Shown here: positions 27,613 through 37,127 of the stretch, piece after piece | Layout: each line of letters starts with the position of its first letter | Position numbering within the stretch: the stretch's first letter is position 1 | Assembly (NCBI GenBank): GCA_045863335.1 | Contig: BTVY01000018.1 | Location: forward strand, 32,001-96,000 | Source of the DNA: Candidatus Hydrogenedentota bacterium | GTDB taxonomy: Bacteria; Hydrogenedentota; Hydrogenedentia; Hydrogenedentales; SLHB01 | DNA length: 64,000 bases | Direction: 5' to 3' | The notes under the pieces: generated by a model | Databases searched by the model: none | What the model was told of the DNA's origin: nothing | Seen by the model: only the letters and a program-made list of their open reading frames with translations | Program-made: the position numbers and the translations under genes

Positions 27613-28134
27613 ATGGATCTCGCACCGCTTATTCGCAACGTTCCCGATTTCCCCATTCCGGGAATTCAATTCAAGGACATCACGACGCTGCTGCAACATC
27701 CCAAGGCGTTCCGCTTCATCATCGACGGATGGAAGCGCCGGTACGAGAGCCAAGGGATCACGGCCATCGTGGGCGCTGATGCGCGCGGCTTCATCTTCGG
27801 CGGCGCTCTTGCCTACGCCATGGACCTGCCCTTCGTGCCGGTCCGGAAGAAAGGCAAGTTGCCGGCGGACACGCTTTGCGAAGAGTACGAGTTGGAATAC
27901 GGCACCGCCGTCTTGGAGATTCATCGAGACGCGTTGAAGCCCGGCGATAAGGTTGTGCTTATTGACGATCTGCTGGCGACCGGCGGCACCATGCGCGCCA
28001 TCGCGAATATGGTAAAGCGTCTCGGCGCGGAGATTGTGGAGATTGCATTTGTGGTGGAGTTGCCCCCGCTGAAAGGACGCGAAAAGCTAACCGAATATCC
28101 CGTCCATTCGCTGGTGGAATTCATGGTGGAGTAA
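27613..28134 (+). CDS. apt: Adenine phosphoribosyltransferase
   Basis: PDFPIPGIQFKDITTLL, ARGFIFG, VRKKGKLP, YELEYG and IDDLLATGGT motifs. Confidence 0.97.
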   Translation: MDLAPLIRNVPDFPIPGIQFKDITTLLQHPKAFRFIIDGWKRRYESQGITAIVGADARGFIFGGALAYAMDLPFVPVRKKGKLPADTLCEEYELEYGTAVLEIHRDALKPGDKVVLIDDLLATGGTMRAIANMVKRLGAEIVEIAFVVELPPLKGREKLTEYPVHSLVEFMVE

Positions 28135-28139
28135 GGAAG

Positions 28140-28976
28140 ATGACGACGCAGACGGTTCCCGGTTCGGATATTCAAATCATTCGCGACGTAGAGCGCGGGC
28201 GATTCAAGCACGCCCTCTTCGATTTCGACGGCACGGTCAGCCTCCTGCGCGAAGGCTGGCAGCAGGTCATGGGTCCGCTCATGGCCGAGATGATCTGTGA
28301 CGGCGGCACGCCGACGCCCGAGATTGAGAAGGCGGTCGCCGATTATGTGGATGAATCGACGGGCATCAACACGATCCTGCAGATGGAACACCTGGTCGAG
28401 ATGGTCCGCGACTACGGCATCGTGCCCGAGGACAAGATCCTCGACGCCCACGGCTACAAGAAGATTTACAACGATCGGCTCATGGAAGTGGTGCGCGAGC
28501 GCATCGCCAAGTTGAAATCCGGCGATCTGAAACCCGTCGATGTCACCGTCAAGGGGTCCCTCGATTTCGTCAAAGCTATCCACGACCGCGGACTGCACAT
28601 GTACATCTTCAGCGGCACCGACCGCGACGACGTACAGAACGAAGCGGCCCTCGTCGGTGCGGCGCAGTATTTCTCCGAGATCTGGGGCGCGCTCCGCACG
28701 TACGCGGAGAGCAACAAGGAAATGATCATCAAGGCCATCCTCGGCGAACACGATTTGCACGGATCCGAAGTGCTCGTCGTGGGCGACGGCCCGGTGGAGA
28801 TCCGGCTCGCCCACGAGCACGGCTGCGTCTCCGTCGGGGTATGTTCCGATGAGCTCCGGGGCCACGGGTGGAGCGAGGAAAAACGCGAACGGCTCACGCG
28901 CGCGGGCGCGGACATCCTCATTCCCGATTTCGGCGAGTGGGAAGCGCTGGTGGGGTACTTGTTCACTTCGTCTTAG
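28140..28976 (+). CDS. HAD superfamily hydrolase
   Basis: LFDFDGT (motif I), FSGT and VVGDGPVE (motif IV). Confidence 0.88.
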   Translation: MTTQTVPGSDIQIIRDVERGRFKHALFDFDGTVSLLREGWQQVMGPLMAEMICDGGTPTPEIEKAVADYVDESTGINTILQMEHLVEMVRDYGIVPEDKILDAHGYKKIYNDRLMEVVRERIAKLKSGDLKPVDVTVKGSLDFVKAIHDRGLHMYIFSGTDRDDVQNEAALVGAAQYFSEIWGALRTYAESNKEMIIKAILGEHDLHGSEVLVVGDGPVEIRLAHEHGCVSVGVCSDELRGHGWSEEKRERLTRAGADILIPDFGEWEALVGYLFTSS

Positions 28977-28998
28977 AAACCGCCCAAAAGGACGCGCC

Positions 28999-29394
28999 AT
29001 GCAAGCGAAGGGGATCCTGGAGACTGCGCTGTATGTGGATGACCTGGACGCGGCGAAGGCGTTCTACCGCGATGTGCTGGGCCTGACGCTACACGCGGAG
29101 ATGGAAGGCCGTCACGCTTTCTTCCGTTGCGGCGATCGGATGTTTCTGGTGTTCGATCCCCAGACAACGATCGCGCCGAGCGATCGTTTTCCGGCCCATG
29201 GCGCGATCGGTCCCGGACACGTCGCTTTTGAACTGGATCCCGATTCGATCGATGCATGGCGCGAGCGTTTGGCGCTGGCAGGCGTTCCGATTGAGAAGGA
29301 GCTGGAATGGCCCAACGGCGGGTTCTCCATCTACTTCCGCGATCCCGCCGGCAACAGCGTTGAACTGGCGACCCGCCAGGTCTGGGGACTATGA
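28999..29394 (+). CDS. VOC/glyoxalase family protein
   Basis: LETALYVDDL..AFY.DVLGL, HVAF and SIYFRDPAGNSVEL motifs. Confidence 0.9.
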   Translation: MQAKGILETALYVDDLDAAKAFYRDVLGLTLHAEMEGRHAFFRCGDRMFLVFDPQTTIAPSDRFPAHGAIGPGHVAFELDPDSIDAWRERLALAGVPIEKELEWPNGGFSIYFRDPAGNSVELATRQVWGL

Positions 29395-29405
29395 CGCCGT
29401 CCGCC

Positions 29406-30206
29406 TCAGTCCGTATGCATCGGTTCCCAGAGATACTGCCGCAGCGTATACCCCTGCCCCTCGACCGCCACGGCCGCCGCGTAGTCCGGCTCGGTCTCCA
29501 GCGCGAGCATGGACCACCGGCCCGCTTCGCCTTCGTCACCGTGCGTCATCAACAAGGCCGCCGGTTCGCCCGGCTTCAACGACACGTCGAAGGCGTCCAA
29601 TGGAAACGAAAGCCCTTCGCCGCGGGCTTTGATGTAGGCCTCCTTGCGGGTCCAGCAATTGAGGAAACCCGCTTCTCGTTGGTCCTTCGGTAAAGTCCGC
29701 AAGGTGTAGGCTTCCCGCGGCGAGAAGAAGCGATCGGCGATGCGCTGTCCGGCGAAATCCGGCCGGTTCCGTTCGATGTCGATCCCCACGTTTCGTCCAA
29801 GCACAAACGCGTAAACCACGAGCAACCCCGAATGGGCGAGGTTGAATCGTATCGAGGCGTCACCGGCGGAGTCCGCCAGCGCGGGTTTTCCGTGAGAGCT
29901 GTAGGAAAAGGAAATGCGGTCTGGAGCGACGCCGAGATAGCGGCCGAGAATGTCACGCAGTACGCCGCGTCCGACGATGTAGTATTCCCGGCCGCCGGGA
30001 TAGTGGAAGCGGTCGGCCCGCGTCTTCTCCTCGTCACACAGCGTTTCGCGCAATGCGCGAATGGTCTCGGCGGATTGATCGAGACGCGCGCGCCATACGT
30101 GCAATTCGCCGTCAGTCAGGGCGAGCGACTTCGGGCAATCGAGCCAGGCAGCATCGGGGGACGTCGGATTCATGGCAGTACCAGGGTTGTGGACCGTTCC
30201 TGCCAT
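29406..30206 (-). CDS. Sfp-type 4'-phosphopantetheinyl transferase
   Basis: GKP, FNLAHSG, VGIDIE and WTRKEAYIKARGEG motifs. Directly downstream of the PKS. Confidence 0.93.
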   Translation of the reverse strand: MAGTVHNPGTAMNPTSPDAAWLDCPKSLALTDGELHVWRARLDQSAETIRALRETLCDEEKTRADRFHYPGGREYYIVGRGVLRDILGRYLGVAPDRISFSYSSHGKPALADSAGDASIRFNLAHSGLLVVYAFVLGRNVGIDIERNRPDFAGQRIADRFFSPREAYTLRTLPKDQREAGFLNCWTRKEAYIKARGEGLSFPLDAFDVSLKPGEPAALLMTHGDEGEAGRWSMLALETEPDYAAAVAVEGQGYTLRQYLWEPMHTD

Positions 30207-30251
30207 TCACTGTAGGGACGCCGCAGGGGCGGAGTCAATAACCGGCTCGCG

Positions 30252-33200
30252 TTACGCGGACTGATCTTTCGGAACGGGATTCGGTTCGTACTCGGCCCGT
30301 GCGCGTTCCAGGCAGTCTTTCAGCGTAGCGCCGACGGTTTCGATGAACGGTTTGATCAGCATCACGGCGTGATTGCCGGGTACCGTAATAACTTCGAGAC
30401 CGCCGTCCGCGACCTCGCCCCATCCGAGGGTCGGGTCTTCGTGAAGCTTGTGCATCACCGACTGGTCTTCCGCGCGGAGCAGTGTGATCTTGCCTGAATA
30501 CGATTCGGGGATGTACTTGAGCAAGACCTTCCAATTCGCTTTCAGCACCTTCATGGCGCGCCGGGTAGACGGCTGCTGGATCAGCATGAGCCGCGAATCG
30601 CGGGTCACGACGTTGGCGATATCCGCGCGTTTGAGCAGCAGATCGCGGATGGCATCGGCCCACGCCCACGTGACGTACTCCCAAGCCGACGGTGCGTTCT
30701 TTCCGCTTCGCCCTTTCTTCAAGGCAGACGGTAGGATGAGGTAAATGCCGTCGCGAATGTAAGGGCCCGTGTGGCGGACGACATCGAAACACATGATGAG
30801 CTGGTTCCAACTCCACTTCAGCCGTTCGCGCCAGCTCTGGGTCCGCAACGTCAGCACGCGGGCTTCCGTATCCATGATGGCAAGTAGCGCGACCGTGTGC
30901 CCCGCCTTCGTGAGTTGTTGTGCGATCTCGAAGGCCACCGCGCCGCCAAATGACCAGCCGCCTACGTAATACGGCCCCTCCGGCTGAATGGCGCGAATCG
31001 CCGCGACGTGTTCCGCCGCGAGATCTTCCATCGTCTCGTAGGGTTCCTGGGTCGGGTTCAGGCTCGGATCCTGCAAGGCGTAAAACGGCGTCTCATCGCC
31101 AATATACTGGGGCAGGTTGAAGTACGTGTACGCGATCCCGCCAGCGGGCGCCGCGCAGAAGAACGGCGCGTGATCGCCTTTGGGCTGCACGCGAATGACA
31201 TGCTGGACCGTCTGCGCCACCGTCGGCTCGCCGCCGGACCCAAGGGTCTCCTCCACAGGAAGCGAATACCCGAGTTCGGCCGCGACGCGTCGCGAATACC
31301 CGCCGAGACGGCGTGGCAGGCGGATGCGTTTCCACACCGTGCCCAAGGCCGGATCGATATCCTTATGATTCATGAAATTCGGATCGCCAACAGGCGCCGA
31401 CGCCGAGTGAACGCCGTCGGTCATCCGCTTCCCTTCGTAGGGCTTGAGCACTGCCCGGTCGAAGGGAATCTCGAGGAACGCGCAGAGCGCCTTCATGGTC
31501 TTTTCGGGATCGCTCACCAGATCTTCGTAGCGCACGAGGTGATGCTTGGACTTAATCAACGGCGACAGGAAGTCCCGGATGTTGGCATTCATGACGGACC
31601 ACACGTCTTCGCCGAGCGCCATGGAGTCCGTCTCGCCTTCCGTCATCAACCGTTCAAAGCGATTGCGCATGAAGGACTCGATGGCGGAATACGGATGCCG
31701 CACGAGATGGATGTACTTGGCGCCTTCGAAAATGCGTTCAGCGTGTTCCAGCGTTTCGATGCTCGATCCATACGATGGAGACTTGTCGACCAGGATGCGC
31801 GGCGCCACCTTGTCCTGTAGCATGGCGTATACCCTCTCGACGGGCGCGTTCTCCCGGATCAACTGGTCAAGTTTCGCTTTGGATTCTTCCGCGGTCAAGC
31901 CATCCACTTCCATGAACGCGCGTTGCAGCCCTTCGCCGAGATAGGATTTGCCGAGATCCTCGCTCCACTCGCGCATGCTGTTGAATTGCAGCAGATGCAA
32001 CTCGGGCGGGCAGAACAGATCGGGATGGCCGGCCAGCATCACGCGCAAGAGCGTCGAACCGCAGCGCGGACCGGACAAGAGAAACACGACCGGCTTGTTT
32101 TTCACCGCGGGAACTGTGGTCTTCAGCCTGCGACGAGCCGTTAGCACTCCGGCTCGCCCGGTAGGCGCGGCGGGCACAGCCGCCTCGATGGGCGTCGGCG
32201 CGAGATTCGCTATTTCGTCCGCGAGATAAGGCGCGAGTTGCTGAATAGTCGGCCGGTCGAATACCTCCTTCGGGAACAGCTTCAGGCCCAAGTCGCGTTC
32301 GATGCTGTTCATCATCTCCATCATCATGATGGAGTCGAGACCCAGTTCGATGAAATTGCGATCCAGCGGAATCGTGTATTCACCGCGATAAAGCACCTTA
32401 GCCAATTCGCGGCGCAGGTAGATCTCCAATTCCTTCGGATCGGCCGAATCCGCGGCAGGCGAAGGAGACTCACTCGCGCGCGTGCGCGACTCAACGGGCG
32501 GTGGAATAAGTTCGGACAATGCCGCGCCGTGGGACGACGCGGACATACGCGAACCGACGACGCTCCAGTCCGTGTCCATGACGCCGACTTGAACCGGCGA
32601 CGCGAGGACCAGATTCTCGAGCACCGCGATTCCGTCCGCGGGCGGAATGCTCTTGATACCGGCGTGCGCGAGACGCTCGCCCAGGCGCGCATCCGCCGCC
32701 ATGCCGACCTCTGCCCAAGGCCCCCAGTTGATGCTCAGCGCAGGCTGCCCTTTTGCGCGGCGATAGTGGGCGAGGCCATCCAGGAACGCGTTGGCCGCGG
32801 CGTAATTGGCCTGTCCCGGCGATCCCAGGATGGCAGCCGCGGACGAGAACAGAATGAAGAAGTCGAGGTCACCCGAGCCGCCGCCGTTGAACGCGTGATG
32901 AAGTTGCCAACTCCCGTTGACTTTGGGCCGCAACACACGATCCAACGCGTCTGCATCCAGTTGGGTTACCGCGTGGTCTTCCAGAACGCCGGCCGCGTGC
33001 ACCACGCCGCAAATGGGCAGTCCTTCATCGCGCCGGTACGCCTCCAGGAACCGCGTGAGATCGCCGTCCTTGCCGACGTCGACGGATGCGACGAGAACCT
33101 CGGTTCCGCGCGCTTCCAAGGCGCGCAACGCGGCGATGCGACTGCTTTCCGGGGAATCGGATTGCACCGAATCCCAGGTATCCTTCGGGGGAAGCGCCGT

Positions 33201-36200
33201 GCGGGAAAGCACGATCAGTTTTCCTGCGCCGCGATCGGCAAGCCAGCCCGCCACTTCCAGTCCAAGGCCGCCCAGGCCGCCTGTAATCAGATACGCGCCG
33301 TCACGACGGCACTGAAAGCCGTTGGTAAAGGGCGTGGCCGCAATCGCGCCAGCCATTTGCAGGCGGGCCACGTACCGGGAGCCATTGCGGACGGCAATTT
33401 GATCATCGTTGCTCGGCGAGACAATTTCGCTACAGAGCGCGGAGATTTGTTCTTCGGCATCCAGACCTTCCAGGTCGATCATGCCGCCCCAGAAGTCAGC
33501 GTGTTCGATGGAGAGACAACGGCCAAAGCCCCAGAGCGGCGCGTGGACGGGGGGATGCGCGAGGTCCGCTTCCGCGACGAACTGAGCGCCGCTCGTCACG
33601 ATCCACAGTGCGCGCGACGCAGACGGACGGCCGTTTGCCCCCGATCGCGTTGCATGCAACGCTTTCGCCAGGTGCAACACGGATCGACAGCCCAACTCCT
33701 GGGCGCGATCCAGTGAATCGCTCGACACGTCGTCCGTTGTCGCGAGACTCCAGCAATGAATAATGCGGTCCGCCGCGTCGTGATAATCATTCAGCAATGC
33801 GTCGTAGCCGGCTTGCGCACCGGGGTCCAACTCGGCGCGAGTGGAATCGATCCGGCGATACGCGTCACCGCGCGCGACCCGCACGCAGGTATGGCCTTGC
33901 GATTCCAGTTGTGTCGCAAGCGCCTCGCCGACACCGGCTTCGTCCACGAATACCATGCAGCGCAGTTTTGATTGCGCGTCTTCGGCTGCGGTGAGCGGTT
34001 GTTGGATCCAGCGCAATTGATAGAGCCAGTCGCTGTGGCCGTTGAGCGAGGCGGCGCTTGGAGCGGGTGCTGCGGTTTTAGCCGTAACGGAAATCGTGGC
34101 GGGAGCCGCCGGCCGGTCACCTACGTCCAGCCAATGACGCTCGCGCTCGAAGGGGTACGTGGGAAGGTCCACACGAGAGCGCCGGTAGGGCGCGTCAAAC
34201 CCGCGCCAATCCAGCGGCACGCCGGAGACGAATAACTTCTGAACGCTGCCCAAAATGACCGGCCAGTCTTCCTTGCCTTTCGAAAGCGATGGCAACCACG
34301 TTGCCGAACCGCGCGGCAAACAGCGCACGCCCATTCCGGAGAGCACCGGCGCGGGTCCTGCTTCAAGGAACAGCGCGTAGCCCGCTTCGTGCAATGCGCG
34401 AATGCCGCCGTCGAACTGCACGGCCTGGCGCAGGTGCGCCCGCCAGTACGCCGCGTCAAACACGTCGCTTTCCGTGACGAGACGTCCGGTCAGATTCGAC
34501 ACCACGGGGATGCGCGGAGCACGATACGTGACGTGACGCGCCGCGGCCTCGAACTCGTCGAGCATAGGCTCCATCAGAGGCGAGTGAAAGGCGTGCGAGA
34601 CCGTCAACCGTTTGCACGAGACCTTTTGCGCTTCGAAGTGTTCGACGATGGCGTCGACCGCATCGGCCTCGCCGGAAATGACGGTGTTCTTCGGCCCGTT
34701 CGCCGCCGCGACGGATACGCGATCCGCGTACTCGCTTAATGCGGCGGACACGGATTCGTAATCCGTCAGCACCGCGACCATGGCGCCGCCTTCAGGCAAT
34801 GCCCCCATCAAGCGGGCGCGCTCTGCGATGAGGCGCAATCCGTCTTCCACGTCGAACACGCCCGCGACGCAGGCCGCGACGTATTCGCCGACGCTGTGGC
34901 CCATCACGGCATCCGGTTCGACACCCCAGGATCGCCACAATTCGGCCAGCGCGTACTCAATGGAGAACAATGCGGGTTGGGTGTAGGAGGTCTCGTCGAT
35001 GGGGGATTCCGCCCCATTCTCGGGGTACAACACGGAAAGCAAAGGAACTTCGCGGAGATCGCGCAGGATCGCATCGCAACGGTCGATAGCAGCGCGAAAG
35101 ACCGGCTGCGTCTCATACAAAGTGCGGCCCATGCCTGCGTACTGTGAGCCCTGGCCCGTGAACAACATGGCAAGCTTTGGCCGCTCGCTTGGGCGGACCG
35201 ATCCCGTTTCGATTCGATCGTTGGTTTCGCCAGCCTCGAATGCACGAAGCGCGTCGGCTACGTCTTCCGCCGTCGTGCCGCGCACGGCAAGCCGATGCTC
35301 GAACCGCGCACGCGCTGTACTGGCAGTGAAACACACATCGGCGAGTTGAAGGCCCCGCGCGCCCGCAAGCGTATCCGCATAGGAACGGGCCATCGCTTTG
35401 AGGGAAGGCTCGCTATGGGCAGACAAGGTCAGCACATGTTGTGGGCGCTCCACTTCGGATTGCGCTTCGGCCGGTATCGCTGCCGGCGCTTCCTCGACGA
35501 TCGCGTGAGCGTTGGCTCCGCCGAATCCGAATGAACTGACTCCGGCGCGGTGCGGCCGTCCGCTTTTCTCCCACGCGGAACCCGTCGTCGGAATCTGAAT
35601 GGGCGTGCCGTCCAGTTCAATAAGCGGGTTGGTCTTGTTGAGATGAAGGTGTGGAACGATGGCGCCGTGGTGCAGCATCAGCGCGGTTTTGATCAGACCC
35701 GCCACGCCCGCGGCGGACTCGAGATGACCGATATTGGTCTTCGCGGAACCCAGCAACAGTGTGCGGTCCGCGTCCCGGCCTTCGAGCAGAACGGCCTTCA
35801 GCGAATCAACCTCGATGGGATCGCCGAGGGATGTGCCGGTGCCGTGGGCCTCGACATAGTCGACATCGGATGGCGTCAACCCCGCGTTCGCGAGCGCCTG
35901 GCGAATGACCGCCTGTTGCGCCAATCCGTTCGGCGCCGTCAACCCGTTGCTGCGGCCATCGTGATTGACGGCCGAACCGCGGAGCACCGCATAGATTCGA
36001 TCGCCGTCGGCCTGCGCCTCGGAAAGGCGCTTCAACACAACCACGCCGCAGCCCTCGCCGCGCACATACCCGTCGGCGCTGGCGTCGAAGGTCTTGCAGC
36101 GTCCGTCCGGCGACATCATGCGGGCGTGCGAAAAGATCATCTGCGTCTCGGGCGAGAGAATGACGTTCACGCCACCGGCCAGTGCTAAAGTACACTCTCC

Positions 36201-37052
36201 GGCGCGCAGACTCTGCACGGCCTGATGCACGGCTACCAACGACGACGAGCACGCGGTATCTATGGCAAAGCTCGGACCACGCAAATCGAGAAAATACGAG
36301 AGCCGGTTGGCCGCGAGGCTGTGGGCGTTGCCCGTTCCGGCATAGGCGTCAATCAACTCGGGATTGGAATTCTGCACCCGCGCGTAGTCGTTCGCGCTGA
36401 TACCCATGAACACGCCGGTCGCGCTTCCGCTCAGCGTGTCCGGCGCGATGTTCGCATTCTCGAGCGCTGCCCACGCGATTTCCAGAACGAGCCGCTGCTG
36501 GGGATCCATTCGCGCGGCTTCCCGGGGCGAGATGCCGAAGAAGTTCGCATCGAACAGATCCACCCGATCCAGGAACCCGCCCTTCGTCGTGTACATCTTG
36601 CCCGGCGTTCCGGGAGTCGGATCGTAGTAGGCGTCGTTGTCCCACCGGTCCGCAGGCACATCGGCCACGGCGTCAGCACCGTTCGTCAGTAAAGACCAGA
36701 ACTCGCCGGGACCGTCTGCGCCGGGAAACCGGCATCCGATCCCGACGATGGCAACCGGTTCGTTCGACGAGGGCAAGGCCGTGGGCGCAATCGCTGGGGC
36801 CGCTTCCGTATCCTCTGCCAGGTAGCCAGCCAGCGCGTCGATGGTCGGGTATTCCCACAACAGGGTGGGCGAAAGCTTCCGGCCGAGCCACTCTTCCATA
36901 TCGCCGGATAGCGTCACAGCCTCCCGCGACGAGATACCCAGGGTATCGAAGGACTCGTTGGGATCGATGCTTTCGCGGGCTACGCCGGTTTCGGCGGCGA
37001 GTTGAGAAAGGAGCCATTCCCGGATGGCCTGCTTCGTCTTCACGTGCCTCAT
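30252..37052 (-). CDS. Type I PKS: ACP-KS-AT-KR-ACP-sulfotransferase-thioesterase (Ols/CurM-like)
   Basis: ACP1 LGISSREAV. KS DTACSSS/HGTGT/NIGHLE. AT GHSVG/HAFHS. KR GGLGGLG/HAAGVLED/YAAAN. ACP2 LGLDSI. ST PRCGSTLLRVML/DKSPSY/LVRHPYS/GDPNF. TE GWSFGG/GNH. Confidence 0.93.
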   Translation of the reverse strand: MRHVKTKQAIREWLLSQLAAETGVARESIDPNESFDTLGISSREAVTLSGDMEEWLGRKLSPTLLWEYPTIDALAGYLAEDTEAAPAIAPTALPSSNEPVAIVGIGCRFPGADGPGEFWSLLTNGADAVADVPADRWDNDAYYDPTPGTPGKMYTTKGGFLDRVDLFDANFFGISPREAARMDPQQRLVLEIAWAALENANIAPDTLSGSATGVFMGISANDYARVQNSNPELIDAYAGTGNAHSLAANRLSYFLDLRGPSFAIDTACSSSLVAVHQAVQSLRAGECTLALAGGVNVILSPETQMIFSHARMMSPDGRCKTFDASADGYVRGEGCGVVVLKRLSEAQADGDRIYAVLRGSAVNHDGRSNGLTAPNGLAQQAVIRQALANAGLTPSDVDYVEAHGTGTSLGDPIEVDSLKAVLLEGRDADRTLLLGSAKTNIGHLESAAGVAGLIKTALMLHHGAIVPHLHLNKTNPLIELDGTPIQIPTTGSAWEKSGRPHRAGVSSFGFGGANAHAIVEEAPAAIPAEAQSEVERPQHVLTLSAHSEPSLKAMARSYADTLAGARGLQLADVCFTASTARARFEHRLAVRGTTAEDVADALRAFEAGETNDRIETGSVRPSERPKLAMLFTGQGSQYAGMGRTLYETQPVFRAAIDRCDAILRDLREVPLLSVLYPENGAESPIDETSYTQPALFSIEYALAELWRSWGVEPDAVMGHSVGEYVAACVAGVFDVEDGLRLIAERARLMGALPEGGAMVAVLTDYESVSAALSEYADRVSVAAANGPKNTVISGEADAVDAIVEHFEAQKVSCKRLTVSHAFHSPLMEPMLDEFEAAARHVTYRAPRIPVVSNLTGRLVTESDVFDAAYWRAHLRQAVQFDGGIRALHEAGYALFLEAGPAPVLSGMGVRCLPRGSATWLPSLSKGKEDWPVILGSVQKLFVSGVPLDWRGFDAPYRRSRVDLPTYPFERERHWLDVGDRPAAPATISVTAKTAAPAPSAASLNGHSDWLYQLRWIQQPLTAAEDAQSKLRCMVFVDEAGVGEALATQLESQGHTCVRVARGDAYRRIDSTRAELDPGAQAGYDALLNDYHDAADRIIHCWSLATTDDVSSDSLDRAQELGCRSVLHLAKALHATRSGANGRPSASRALWIVTSGAQFVAEADLAHPPVHAPLWGFGRCLSIEHADFWGGMIDLEGLDAEEQISALCSEIVSPSNDDQIAVRNGSRYVARLQMAGAIAATPFTNGFQCRRDGAYLITGGLGGLGLEVAGWLADRGAGKLIVLSRTALPPKDTWDSVQSDSPESSRIAALRALEARGTEVLVASVDVGKDGDLTRFLEAYRRDEGLPICGVVHAAGVLEDHAVTQLDADALDRVLRPKVNGSWQLHHAFNGGGSGDLDFFILFSSAAAILGSPGQANYAAANAFLDGLAHYRRAKGQPALSINWGPWAEVGMAADARLGERLAHAGIKSIPPADGIAVLENLVLASPVQVGVMDTDWSVVGSRMSASSHGAALSELIPPPVESRTRASESPSPAADSADPKELEIYLRRELAKVLYRGEYTIPLDRNFIELGLDSIMMMEMMNSIERDLGLKLFPKEVFDRPTIQQLAPYLADEIANLAPTPIEAAVPAAPTGRAGVLTARRRLKTTVPAVKNKPVVFLLSGPRCGSTLLRVMLAGHPDLFCPPELHLLQFNSMREWSEDLGKSYLGEGLQRAFMEVDGLTAEESKAKLDQLIRENAPVERVYAMLQDKVAPRILVDKSPSYGSSIETLEHAERIFEGAKYIHLVRHPYSAIESFMRNRFERLMTEGETDSMALGEDVWSVMNANIRDFLSPLIKSKHHLVRYEDLVSDPEKTMKALCAFLEIPFDRAVLKPYEGKRMTDGVHSASAPVGDPNFMNHKDIDPALGTVWKRIRLPRRLGGYSRRVAAELGYSLPVEETLGSGGEPTVAQTVQHVIRVQPKGDHAPFFCAAPAGGIAYTYFNLPQYIGDETPFYALQDPSLNPTQEPYETMEDLAAEHVAAIRAIQPEGPYYVGGWSFGGAVAFEIAQQLTKAGHTVALLAIMDTEARVLTLRTQSWRERLKWSWNQLIMCFDVVRHTGPYIRDGIYLILPSALKKGRSGKNAPSAWEYVTWAWADAIRDLLLKRADIANVVTRDSRLMLIQQPSTRRAMKVLKANWKVLLKYIPESYSGKITLLRAEDQSVMHKLHEDPTLGWGEVADGGLEVITVPGNHAVMLIKPFIETVGATLKDCLERARAEYEPNPVPKDQSA

Positions 37053-37127
37053 GTCTCCAAAATATCTACTGCTGTGACGCAACGTCGGCACGGCTCGCCG
37101 GTGCGCGTCCTCGGTTGACGACTCAAT

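Noticed and set aside
28140-29394. HAD and VOC genes (and the PhzF-like gene at 39341) as tailoring enzymes of the PKS cluster
   Set aside because: They are on the opposite strand. HAD and VOC follow apt in a housekeeping run, and nothing beyond proximity links them.
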